From Callorhinchus milii (taxonomy: Eukaryota): 64,000 nt of DNA. Each line of letters begins with the position of its first letter. Position 1 is the first letter of the stretch. The notes under the pieces are model-generated. The model was not told the DNA's origin, searched no databases, and worked only from the letters and a program-made list of their open reading frames with translations. A program made the position numbers and the translations under genes. Location of the stretch: contig NW_024704742.1 in NCBI RefSeq assembly GCF_018977255.1, forward strand, positions 127,970,001 through 128,034,000. The letters are read 5' to 3'. Positions 11,707 to 24,015 of the stretch are shown here, piece by piece.

Positions 11707-12064
11707 ATATTGACTGATAGATACTGTCATCCTTTACTCCTCATTCCTCACCTCCCTCAACAGTAGAGCCTGGAATTCTCCAGAAGAGCTCAGGCTGAAG
11801 AATGTCCCATTAAGATGCTAGTTCATGGTATAGTGAACTGTGTTGTTACCTGGATTTTTCTGACCACATTGTTACTGTGATGTGATGATTAAGACCAAAA
11901 TTAATTATCACTGGTGTTAATTAATATATTGCAGGTCACAATTATCATCACATCAGTTTCATGGTGATATAGTACAGAACTGAAAATTGGAAATTCTTTG
12001 TAGCTCTACAAGTGGCCTCAACACTTCAGGTTATGGAGCGATACAGAGCTGATGGCTTCTGCAC

Positions 12065-12195
12065 TTTATTACTATCCAGAGCCCCCTGCTGGAAGGTGCA
12101 TTATGTGGACACTGGGCTCCAAAGAGCCTCTAAATAGCCTGCCGATACTCGCTGTCAAGGCTTGCCCATGAATAATGGTCACTTGTGCAAGGCTG
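12065..12195 (+). mobile_element. AmnSINE2-like SINE fragment
   Basis: CTATCCAG..CCCCTGCTGGAAGGTGC..AATAGCCTGCCGATACTCGCTGTC..AATGGTCACTTG, shared with 30270-30550 and recalled from the AmnSINE2 consensus. Confidence 0.55.
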
Positions 12196-13051
12196 AATAG
12201 TTCAGTAGAAGGAAAAGAAAGTCAAGCATCTTTCAGACAAGGCGGGAAGTGGGGAAAATTGGAAGTAAACTATTGCAGGAAGAAAATGAAACAAAACATT
12301 AGAGTGAAAAATGCGATGCTTTATAATATATTCGATATCCATCAAATGTCTTGTTGAATCTGTCATAAAATGTCTCAATTTGTAATCTGTTCTATCTCAA
12401 GGGTACATTCTAAATGTAAGTTGCTCCTAAAGAATGACCACAGGTATAGCTGGCCACTAACCACACTGCCACTGTTGTTTTCAATTGCAGAGAGAGGAGT
12501 TAGTGACACTGACTTCTACATCTAACCAGATGTGCATTATCCTGATGTATAGAAACTCAACTCCCAATGTTATTTACTTCCAGGCATGTCAGAGTGGGGT
12601 ACCTGCAGGAAAGGCTTATGCACATCTGGTTCCCAGCAAGATTCAATACTTACAAATCCAATGCAAATCATATTGTGACTGCTGTATTTTTGTCCCCTCT
12701 GTTATCAAAACTAAATGTGCGGCAGCAAACACAGCATGTGGTTGCAATGATACTACGCTCAATAGATAGTGTGGACATTTTCATAGAAGTCTCCTGGAAA
12801 GCCCTTTACTATACCTCACTGAAGTACAGCAGAAATTCGGGTCAAAAGTTTCTAGTGAGAATGATAATTGTTCTAATGTTATTCACACAGAAAACAAGTT
12901 TGAAAGTAAACATTTCCCCATTTCATCATGTTTTGCTTAAGAGAGATGGTAAGCAGCTTTTCTTCAGGCACTGGTCAGGGAAAGGAACACTGCTTGGTAA
13001 TTCTGGCCAAAATATACACAGAAGCAATGAATGTCAGTCAATTAAGGATAT

Positions 13052-13547
13052 TGTAGCACCTGAGCCAGGCAGATACAGACACAAATGGAGACTCTTACTG
13101 CAATACAGGTTTCACCCACAAAATATACAGTCAATTCACTTTGCAGTATATTCCGTGAAGCGTTTTGAGACATCTCAAAGAGGTGATAAGGCGCTACATA
13201 TCAAATGCAAAGATTATTATTATTATTATTATTATTCTAAGACGTTTATTCTAAAACCCAGAACAGCAACACAACAACCTCGGAGGGTTACAAGCACTAG
13301 GGGTCTCGGGTGGTGTCTGTCTTCCTTCTTACAGACCTGCACACTCGCAATCCCCCCCGATTTAACCAATAACTAACACTAGGCCAGCCATGCAGTCTGG
13401 ACCTCATGCTCCCAGGCCAGAGTCTCCTAACTTCTCAGCCCAGCCCCAGTACCAAGAGTGAGATGGGGGAATTGGCATCTCCTTAAGAAGGTACAGCAGG
13501 TTCCACCCCTTGAGCCTTCCTGCCCTGGGTTCCTTGTGTCCTCTACA
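13052..13547 (-). mobile_element. Second solo LTR of the same family, ATAT TSD, interrupted by a SINE 3' fragment (~13112-13236)
   Basis: Minus strand reads ATAT|TGTAGA...GCTACA|ATAT. It shares CCTTCTTAAGGAG, TCTTGGT.CTGGGGCTGGGCTGAGAAG and GGATTGC.AGTGTGCA.GTCTGTA with 11325-11706. Confidence 0.75.
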
Positions 13548-13739
13548 ATATTTCAAATTCAATGTTACAGAAATGTATGAGAGTGACCCGCTAGCATAGG
13601 ATCGTGTAATAATGTACCATTAAATATAGTTCAGCAGATTCAAAATTAGGATCTTTTTGAAATTTGTTAATATGTTTTCACTGCATCCATTCCATAGGAT
13701 GATCTCCAGTGTTTTCTTGCCTCTGACTCCATCAACTTC

Positions 13740-14510
13740 ACTGGCTGTTTGTTTAGACTTTCAGACACAGTGTGTAACCTTGGCATTTTGCTTTCCCCAC
13801 ACCCCAAGTTGGCTTCCCAAACCCCCTAACTGATTCATTGCTAAGACCGTTGTTTCTCCAGGATATTAACTGCTTAAGCTCTTACCTCACCCTCCCTGAT
13901 GTTGAAATCCTCGCTTATACCTTTATTACCTTGAGAGTGGACTTCTGCAATGCTCTCTTCAGCAACCTCTCCAGTTCCACCATGCATCCTTCAATTGGAA
14001 TATTAAACCAAGATCCTGTCTACCTGTTCAGATTGATGTTAAAGATCCTATGGCACTATTCATTAAGAAAAGAGTTTCTACCTGTGCCCTGGCCAACAAG
14101 CCCACAGATAAAATTGGTCATTCGCTTCATGGCTGTTTGTGGGACATTACTGTGTGCAAATTGACTGCTGCATTTGCCCACACTTATACAGTCACTGCAT
14201 TTCACTGTAAAATCCTGTGAAGTGCTTTGCAGCATCTCAACATTGGCTAAGGCACTCTGTCAAATGCAAGGAAGATTATCCACAAGGTCCAAATCATCCA
14301 AATTCTGCAGTGAATATTTTCTCCCATACTAGTCTCTCCACACTTTACACTCCCCTCTTTATCAAACTCCAAAGGCTCCCAGTATCCCAGAAAAACAACT
14401 TTAAGATTCTTGTCCTGTTTTTCAAATCACTTCAGGATCTCACCCCTTGCTACCCATGCAATCTCTTCCAGCTCTATGATTTGCACCTGTACCATCTGCT
14501 CCTCCATTTC
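13740..14510 (+). mobile_element. Degraded L2 ORF2 fragment split by a DeuSINE (~13985-14280)
   Basis: FITLRVDFCNALF before the insert and LQRLPVSQKNNFKILVL after it are L2 motifs. Confidence 0.7.
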
Positions 14511-14618
14511 TCGTCTGTTCCTCATTCTTCACTCTCTCTATTGGTCTATCCAGGCATCAATCTGGCTTATTTGGTATCATCCTCACCTCTAAATTGTAAG
14601 GTGGTAGATTCAAAAGGT

Positions 14619-14948
14619 GGAGGCCTGTAGCTCAGTGGTTAGAGCACTCGCTTTGCAAGTGAGACCTGAGTTCAATTCCAGGCAGGTCAGGGCGAAACCT
14701 TGGGCAAGTTTCCTTACTCCACACGCCTAATAATAATCCCTCCAAAAACCAAAAACAATAATAAAATTGGTCATTTTCAATCTACGACTGTTTGTGGGAC
14801 ATTGCTGTGCGCAATTGGCTGCCGCGTTCGCCCACAAATATACAGTCAATTCACTTTACAGTGTGTTCTGTGAAGCGCTTTGGGACGTCCTCCCGACGTG
14901 AAAAGCGCTATATCAAATGCAAGGATTATTATTATTATTATTATTATT
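14619..14948 (+). mobile_element. tRNA-derived SINE, short subfamily, inserted in the head of a DeuSINE that continues to ~15320
   Basis: GGAGGCCTGTAGCTCAGTGGTTAGAGCACTCGCTTTGCAAGTGAG head and (ATT)n tail; Deu motifs at 15060-15125. Confidence 0.9.
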
Positions 14949-16030
14949 CAAGCCCCATGTCGAATCTCTGAGCTCACAGTTTTCTAGACTGACAGTCCAG
15001 GGCAGTCCTAGGGGAGCATTACATTGACGCAGGTTCTGTCGTATATTATGTAATCACAAAATGTTAAACCGAGGTCCAATCTGCCTGTTCAGTTGAATGT
15101 TAAGGATCTCATGGCACTACTCGAAAGGAGAAGGAAGTTTCTTCTAGTTACCTGGCCAACAACTCTACCAGCAAAGATGTTGTTCATTCATTTCATGGCT
15201 GTTTATGGGACGTTGCTGTGCACAAATTGGCTGCTCCATTTGCTTATAAAATACGAAGCCTCTGCACTTTACGGAAAACTTTGTGACATGATTAGGTGCT
15301 ATATCAAATGATAAGATTATTTTCTGTGACTGTACCTTTTTGACCCTGTTTTTGGTCAACAACCTTAATATTTCCTTCTTTATTCCTGCTCCCTGTTAAG
15401 AGCTTCAAGATAAAAATAAAAATACTTCCATTTGATATAGCGTTGAGACGTCTCAAAGTGCTTCAAAGAATTGTAAAGTGTAGTGACTATGTATTTTGTG
15501 TGTGAAAAGATGGGCATACTAAGTGAAAAGTACTGTATAGGTAGGTGCAAGTTGTTGATGCGGTGATAGAACATTGAATCTGACTCCAGAGTGGTGCATT
15601 CTGTGGCCCTGTATTAGAGAGTAGACAAACAATTGTACAGCGTTAAAGAAACTTTTTGACGTTAAAGCAGACTGACAAAGCACTTCTGGAGCTCTTTCTC
15701 TCCCTGAGCCTTGTGGAACGCTAATGCTTATTTGTGCGTCTTTGAGATATTGATGTTGGAGGCTCCAGAAAGTCAGTGCACACTGTCTGAGCAGACTAGC
15801 TCATTAATAGATTTTTGAATATTTGTGCTGGCACAAAGCTTACTTTCTTCTGTTTTAATGCCTTTTCGAAATAATCTACATTCCACTGTGCAATTTAAAA
15901 CCATGTTTAAAGAAACGGTTTCCTTTCCGAAACAGACACCAGTCAATTCTTTCCACTCGTGCAGTTGTATTTATTTAAAAAACAGAGAGCAGTGATGCTT
16001 CCCACTCTGTACTTGTTAATCCTGCAAGTC

Positions 16031-16352
16031 AAAACCCTAAAGGTAGGGTGGTACTAGCTGGACAAGCAGTGAGAAGCTTGCCAGACAGTGTTCTCAAATT
16101 GCAAGCTGTAAGTTTTTATCTGGTCAAACTCCAATATTGTCCCCAAAAACACTCTGGAGTCTCCAAGCCTTAACTCTTGCAACCTGCTCCTACCATTCTC
16201 CAGAATTACATAAACAGGGTACAGCCTTTGAGGAGTGAGAGAGCATTCCATTCCAGACAAGAGAAATTTCCATGTCTAGGATGGCATACATATGTGGAAC
16301 TGGCTTAGTTTGGTATGGATACTCTTAAGCAAGGTGATGGGCTTCTGACACC
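16031..16352 (+). repeat. Unclassified dispersed repeat (family X)
   Basis: Aligns by eye with 56961-57260(+), 19990-20290(-), 8870-9232(-) and 43060-43590(+). Confidence 0.7.
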
Positions 16353-18600
16353 CAGCTGATCAAAAAAAAACTCAAGAAAAACATTTGTAATTTTTATTTA
16401 GCGCACAGCACTTGCACCAATTCAAATCTCAAACCCGAAAGCTAAATTGTTGCATTAAGTCCACAATTGCTCCCCTCATCTGATTGTAAAACATTCCACG
16501 CTGAGGCAAGATATTCTCAGCTCTGCCAAGTCCAGTGTAAATGTGTTTAAAATTGCACATTTCCACAGTGGTACAAAAGAGTGCCATATATTTGCCAAGA
16601 ATAAAATTCTTTGAAAATTGAGCCCCAAGGGTGGATTCCAAATTCACTGCTAAAAATTGCATCCCCTAGATTTAGGTAATCCACGTCTGATGCTTGTAAT
16701 TGCTTTAGCTTTTCAGAGGATTTCTGACATTATTTCAGGCACACCTCTTGTCTTTCCCACACCACATCCAATTTGTACTGCAGCTCTTCCACTACTTGTG
16801 GATGCTTTAAAGTTTAAATTGGTTTGGGATTGTTACATTCACTCTTAGAAAGATGCTGACAGCATTCTTGCCTTTATTGGTTTGGGTGTGCTGGAAGTGG
16901 AGGTGTAAGGAAATTAAATCAGGATCCAAAATGCTGGCTGGATTCTGAGGTGTCAGGTTTCTATTTGTATCCAACACACTTAAGGAAACAGGATTAGCTT
17001 TGAAACATATAATTTGGAAATGCCTTGTAATAACATTATTATGAGAATTATAGATTTTTTTTCAAGGAGCCAGGTTACCAAATACTTGGCTGACTAAAAG
17101 ATGCCTCAAGTCTTTCTTCAGTAGATAATCATAATAATAATATTATAATAATACATTTGATTAGTGTCTTTCACGTTGGGAAGATGTCTTAAAGCGATTC
17201 ACAGTTTATTGCTAAATTCACTGACTATTTTTGTAGGCACCATGCAGAATCTAATTAGCACACCACCAATGTCCCACAAACAGCCATAAAGTGAATGACA
17301 ATTTTTTTCTAGGGAACTGTTAGCCAGAGCACCAGGGGAAACTCCCATCATGTAATCGGATCTTTAATTTCCCCCTGAACAGCAAACAGGACCTCAGGTT
17401 ACTGTCTCATCTGAAAGATGGCACCTCAAACACCTCAGATTTCTACCTCTATCGTTGAGAAAAGTAGGGTCAAAACCTATAATTACTCAACAATACCCTA
17501 TTTTGTAAGGACTTAGACTCATTCTAAAGTGCCAAAAGCAGTCATTTTTACTTTTCTGCCCATTTATAGAATTCTAAAACTCTTTCTCTTCTTTCCTTGT
17601 TTCCCGCTTTCTTTGAATTTTTCACACAAACATACTTTCTTTCTTTGAATATTATTTAAATTTTCATACAGAAGTACAAAAGCTTTTATTTTCATTTGAC
17701 ATACATGTCTGGGTAGTGTAATTCTATCAAGACAGTAGTGGAGGATGCCATGCTAAGGGACACTTTATATTGTCAATCGACTCAACTTCGTATCTTCTTT
17801 TCAGCAGGTTGTCATTTTCTTCTGAAATGGATGTGTTGGGAACCATCCAGCCATTCTCTTGCGGATATCAATTTTTCTTTTTCATAACCTAAAATGCCAC
17901 TTTGCATCAGTCATGATTATATCCCTTTGATATGAGTTTGGCTTGCTTTGTGAAAAGAATATGCTGGAGCAAATCCATCTATTAGTCAACTGTCATCTCC
18001 ATTACTCAAAACAAAAATACAAATGTGAATCTTATTAAATGTATTTGTTGGACTATTTTGTTGTTTAAGATGGATATTCTGAAAAATAACTGTTCAGCAC
18101 AATCCTACACTATATAAATTACTGGCTCATGACCTGGTCTGTGCTGAGTTAGCTTGGACAGCAGTTGAGGTGCTCAGAAGTTAGCATCATTGCTCATGAA
18201 ATGTGCGCGTTCCATTATCCATACGTTCAGGGAATCCAACACCACCACCCACACCAAATCCTGCATATCATCATCGCAGAACTCACGAGGCTCCACTGGT
18301 GCCCTCTCTCCCAACAAATTGACTTTGAGGTCCTTGCCCTCACCTCCAGGCCCAAGCACCTATTGCTCGGCTAACTCGGACTTGTTGCATTTCCCCCGCC
18401 ATCTGCGTGCCACTGTTCATAGCCAAGCCATCATCTACTATGCCTTAACTGCTAGAACTTGCCCTGTAGCCCTCTGTCTCACCTCCTCTCCTCCTGCTGC
18501 CTCCTGCTTCTCTCCCTTCTTCTTTGTTTGGCATTGTCTGTCATTGTCAAGCACTCTGAGAGTTATTCTACATGAAGGGAGCTATGTAAATATGAGATGA

Positions 18601-19249
18601 GTGGAATCCTGCAGCGTATTGGATAGAGTACTCTTCTCACAAGCGAGATGACCTGGATTTGATTCCCTGGCAAAACATTAGGTAAGTTTCCGTACTCCAC
18701 AAGCCTCTGTTTACCTAGATATAAGTAGGTTGTTAGTCGATTGGCAGATTATAATAATAATAATAATCCTTGCATTTGACATAGTGCTTTTCACGTCTTC
18801 TCGATATCTCAAAGCGCTTCACAGAATAGACTGTAAAGTGAATTGACTGTATATTTGTGGGCGAAACGCAGCAGCCAATTGTGCACAGCCGTGTCCCACA
18901 AACTGTCGTGGATTGAAAATGACCAATTTATTATTTTTTTTATTTTGGAGGGATTATTATTAGGCATGTGGAGTAAGGAAACTTGCCCAAGGTTTCGCCC
19001 TGCCTGGAATTGAACCCAGGTGTCTCGCTTGCAAGGCGAGTGCTCTAACCACTGAGCTACAGGACTCCTTTTTTAAAATTATCAATAATTTGGTCACGTC
19101 AATCCAAGACTGTTGTGTGCAATTGGCTGCCACGTTTCACCCACAAAATATACAGTCAGTTCACTTTACAGTATATTCTGTGAAGCGTTTTGAGACGTCT
19201 CAATGATGTGATAAGGCGCTGTATCAAATGCAAGGATTATTATTATTAT
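18601..19249 (+). mobile_element. Long-subfamily SINE split by an antisense short-subfamily SINE
   Basis: Head at 18601-18750; 3' half resumes at 19069. Confidence 0.85.
18751..19068 (-). mobile_element. tRNA-derived SINE, short subfamily (nested)
   Basis: Full-length reverse complement, ending ..GCTACAGGACTCC. Confidence 0.9.
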
Positions 19250-21161
19250 AGATGTTGTTGAAATGGAAAATCAAACTGCAGGGAGTTTACTTTTGTACTT
19301 TAGTGGTTGCCATCATCCTTTGGATGCCAATTTGGAAAATGTTTCTGTGGTTTAACATTGAATTCTTGTGCTACCAATACGATGGATGAGAGTCCCATTC
19401 TTCTGGTTACACGCATTTTAAAGTGCTTTAAAAACACATATCCCTCTAATAATAGACAGCTTAAGTGACCATAGCAGTAAATCAGAAAGGAAAAGTCCAT
19501 TAGAAAGAGCATAGATCTTTTCAACTATAGTCCGTTTCTGTCACACATATTACTGTAATGTAGCTTTCAGTGGTAACCCTTATCCTTTAACAATGCATAG
19601 AGAGATGTGTACAGTTTTAGCAATGAATTTTTCAATACATTTATAGACAACAGCTGTAATAATAACAATCATCCATACATTTGATAGAGCGCTTAATCAT
19701 TTTATCGAAGCATTTCATAGCACTTCACAAGATTTACTGTTCAGTGTAGTGGCTGTGCATTTTATAGATGAATGTGGCAGCCAATTTGTGCACAGTAATG
19801 TTCCACAAACAGCCTTGAACTGTATCAGGTGATTGCTTATGATCTCCGGGAGACTGTGGGTCCATAGCCCTGAGTTGCTCAGCGGTGCTTGGTGTGATTT
19901 GTTGATGATTTCACCTCTGCATATTGTTTGCATGCACTTTCATTTACAATATAGTCCAATATTTTGTTTGGTCAGCTGGATGTGATGAATCCTTCATCAC
20001 ACTTAAGATATCCAAACCAGTCTGAGAATTCCACATATGTATGCCACCTACACATGGATATTACCCTGTGTCTGGAATGGAAGCGTACCCTCTCCCTAGA
20101 AGGATGCATCCTGTTTACTTTATTCTGGAAAGCATTAGGAGCAAGTTGGCAAGAGGCAAGGTTTGGGGACCCCAGAGTGCTTGCTGGGATACTGCTGGAG
20201 TTTAACTAGCTAAAAATGCCTGATTTGTCATTGAAAGCACTGTTTGGCAAGCTTCCCACTGTTTGTCCAACTAGGACCAATCTACTAGAGTACTACAGAA
20301 CTACATTGGCTCAGGAACTGGACTACTGAGACCACCACAGAGTATTTACTTTAATGCGACATTCAACAACAACTTCTATTTATATAATGCCCTTCACGTG
20401 GGTAGGGTCACGGAGTTAAGCATATCACCCAAAACCAGATCAGCTTCAATGATCCGCTACCTACTTTGCCCCTCCCCCCACCCACCCACCACTACCACCA
20501 CAAGGAGGAACACAGAACAGACTACATCTAACAGACAGCTTCCTGGCAATTCACTGTCTGCTTTTAACTGTACACTTCTAAAATTATTAGTTTACACTAG
20601 CTCTACCATTAAATGCTAACCCATTGCTGCCTTATCTTTTTGTAGGTCCAAAATTGTTCAAACCAGGTATATCTCCCATGATTCTGATTCATAACAAAAA
20701 AATCATATTTAAAATATTTATTAACAAAGGATCCTTGTTCTTGTGCTCAAATCCCCCCCCCAGTTTCTTCCCACCCTATCTCCTCGGCCTCCTACAACCT
20801 TACCACCTGGGTCACCCCTATGCTCAGAGTACACCGTTTTTTATTTTCCTGCTTCACGTCCCCAGCTTACCTCAAGTCTCCTGGCCACCCCACCCCACCA
20901 TCGGAAATATTAATGCTTGCATTTGATATAGTGCCTTATAGTGCCTGATATAGTGCCCGTTGAGACATCTCAAAGAGTTACATTCTGCTTCTGCTCCCAG
21001 TAACTCCACCCCAGATATCCTGTGAAACAGTTTGAGACTTCCTCCTGACATAAAACGTAAGAACTATTATTATCTGAACAGGATTTTTATACCATGGAGG
21101 GGATATGTTTATCATGGCCGAAGGAGTGCCCCTTTAAGCAGTTAAAAAACATACAACTGAC

Positions 21162-23938
21162 CTACTAGATTGAGGTGAGGCAGCGAAAGGTTTTTGGATG
21201 GTATTTGCAGTTTTGTTCCATTCGTGGGACAATGCTGGGAAGAAACTCGAGAAAGGGACAGGTACAGGTAACAGGATGTGTCAGTGAAAGTTCATACAGC
21301 AACAAAGCACTCTTTGTAACACCGGGTCTCACGTGTTCACAACTGTGGGCAGAAGGGGAAGCCTCCGAATTCTGATTTGCTGCTGAGCTAATTCTCTCCC
21401 TTTGTACTTATCAGGAAATGATCTACTCAAGTATTTGCAGTTTAATTGGATTAAAAATACCTTTATTGCAGAGGTCATTTTTTACAACATTCTGCTCATG
21501 TTTTTTAATGTTCTTATCGGCAATCTCCTAAGGCCTATTTTTTATTGTCGGGAACAGTTATTTTTACTTCATCTTTATAGTTGCTCTTATTTATTTTCTT
21601 TCTGCATATTGGCGTATAAATCTTCTGTCAAAATGTTAGAGATGGCCTAAGACTCAGATGTATTCACCATGGCTGTTAATGTCAGATTAGTAGATAATGT
21701 TAGTGGGCAGAACTAGCTCACTGCTTCCCCTCTTCCTCCTCCTCCTCTGCATACACTGACTCTTGCTGGCCCATGTCGGAGCCAGAGGATTTTTAAATCA
21801 CAAACCACCTCAACGGGAATTGGGGGAAAATCACAGAGCGTTTTTCTATCGACCTCTGTAAGCTCTACTCCATCCTCCGCAGGCCGTCTGCAGCCAGGAC
21901 TTAGGCCCTGCAGCCCCATCCATCAGCTATTGTCTGCACATCAGCCCATGTCTCCACACCATCATCAACAACAACAACAACACAAGCAGATCAGCATCTT
22001 GGAGCGCTTAACAGTGACGGAGCCTAATGGCAAACTGGGGAGTGGTAGGAGGTGACCATAATAAAGATGAGCCCATGTTTACACATCAACCCATGTCTGC
22101 ATATCAGCCGGTGTCTGCTCAGTGAAACTTGAATTGCTGGAAATGCCAGTAGTGTGGAGAAGAGCTTCAAGTGGTACCCAGGTTAGTTGAGCTCTGCTCT
22201 CAATCACTTCTTGTCTGCTCGGTTCCAATCCAGTTTCCAGTGCTGAACCGATTCAGTTTCCTGGGTTGACATATAAAACATGCTGGAGATCTACACGGAC
22301 AAATTTATTTGCTTAATTGGACCAGCCTAATAGAAGATACCAAGTCAGTTTTGTTGTGGGTACAACAGTCCTTCAGTATTGAGTTGTAGCCTCTTGTCTC
22401 CACTCAACAGCACTTCTGATAAGAGCAAATGCTACAGAAGAGTGTTCTCCACTCAAAGAATTTTCATTATTTCAATAGACCTAACCTTCAGATAAGGCTA
22501 TGCTCATTCTTTTATTTACAGTATCTATTCCACTACACACTAGCATGATTTGTTTGATGTCCAACTACTGTGCTAACTCTAGGGCTATCCAAAAGCTATT
22601 AACAAGGTTTTGAGCCTCAATTCATACATTTTCCAACCACAGGTATTTAGTCCAGGAAACAATTCATTCCCTTTGTATCAGTTGGAGAATCAATTAGCAA
22701 TAGTAAGAATTCCTAGATTTAGCTCAGTACTAAATGAGGGTGGAAATTGCTGAAAAAATATTTTAATGGCTTCCCCTTTTGCCACTTTTGCCAGAAAAAG
22801 TAATTTATGAGTATTATTTTCCTAGCCTGAGGTGTTGGACATACGGTTCCACATTGTGTAATGGGTATCTTGTCATTGTTCGGAAGTCTACGCAGTTACT
22901 CAATCAATACTACTGTGTTCTATTAATAATTTATTTATGTCAAAGTCAGCTGTAGATTCTGTTTCAACCCCTCCTGTACTAACTCGGTACAGTGCATGCA
23001 TTTATCAATTGGAACATCTTTCATCTAATTACTGTATTAATTTTCTACCGGAATCTAGTCTCCCTTGGTCTCACTTACCAGCTTTCTTCCTCCTGTGGTC
23101 TGGTCTTTCCATTCACCCCTATGACACGTACACATACACACTCCAGTTATACAAATATTTACTTGCAAACAATAGCAAAGTAAATAACTGGGCTGTGAGC
23201 AGTACAGTATCTCTATTTTCACCGTTGAGTGGTATAGTCTTGTTTCTCTTTCGTTAACACTTATTCCTAAACCGTGTCACATTCATTCATCACATTGTTT
23301 CCTCACTAATTTGAGTTTCTCTACTGCTTACTGTAATCTATCATCAGCTGCTGACAATTTCCTCCTAATGTGTTTCCTTAATCACTAGATTGTTTCATCA
23401 AGTATTTTTGATTTACTCACTCATTGCTGCAGTCTATAAATCATAAACACCTCATGCATTTTCCCCAAGTTCTCTATCTATTCTGTTGCTAAGTCCATTG
23501 ACCAGGTGCTGAACCACTTATACCATTGCACCCAGAACATGCAGCTTTTCTGCTTGCCAGTTCCTGTCTCTCTCTATGCAAGTGTCAAATTACTTATTGT
23601 ACCTGTCTTTTCCATTTCATTTGCTTAAAGGGCCACTCTCTTCATCTTCCAGAGCCATGTGCAATTCACTTCACAGTATATGGTTCCTCAATGGTGCTGA
23701 TAGATGTTTTTACTGTTATTTACTTCATGTATTTGCATGCAAAAAAAGGTTAGCAAACATTATTTCACAAAGACAGCAACACATTAATAACAGTATGTTT
23801 TGTTTGGAGATGCCTAAGTGTTTGGTGTTTTTGTTTTACTTCTTGTCTAGATTCTTTCACTGACTCTTGGCATGGACAAATTTTCACTTCAGAACTGTAT
23901 CTTTGCAAAGCATTGTCTTCATTTCATATGCATTCAGC
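21162..23938 (-). pseudogene. Candidate decayed exons of an unidentified gene (23938-23079, 22290-21722, 21422-21333, 21234-21162)
   Basis: AG/GT-bounded, purine-rich minus-strand segments with long near-open frames, an in-frame 18-bp repeat, scattered stops and an L2 insertion. No homologue recognised. Confidence 0.4.
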
Positions 23939-24015
23939 CTAACCCAAATGTAAGTGTTGCACCACATTTACATTCATTGCATTCAAAGCCATTTACCGTA
24001 TTTAGTGTATTTTGT

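Noticed and set aside
12567..13376. 269-aa plus-strand ORF
   Set aside because: No recognisable domain, and it runs through an LTR and a SINE tail. Treated as chance.
17500..18078. TGA-rich frame suggesting selenoprotein or readthrough recoding
   Set aside because: TAA stops occur in the same frame and no SECIS was recognised. Decay is the simpler explanation.
21722..21774. MGQQES.. as a myristoylated first coding exon
   Set aside because: It lies within a longer degraded frame, the phase is ambiguous, and the spliced product hits a stop two exons later. It is not supportable as a live gene.
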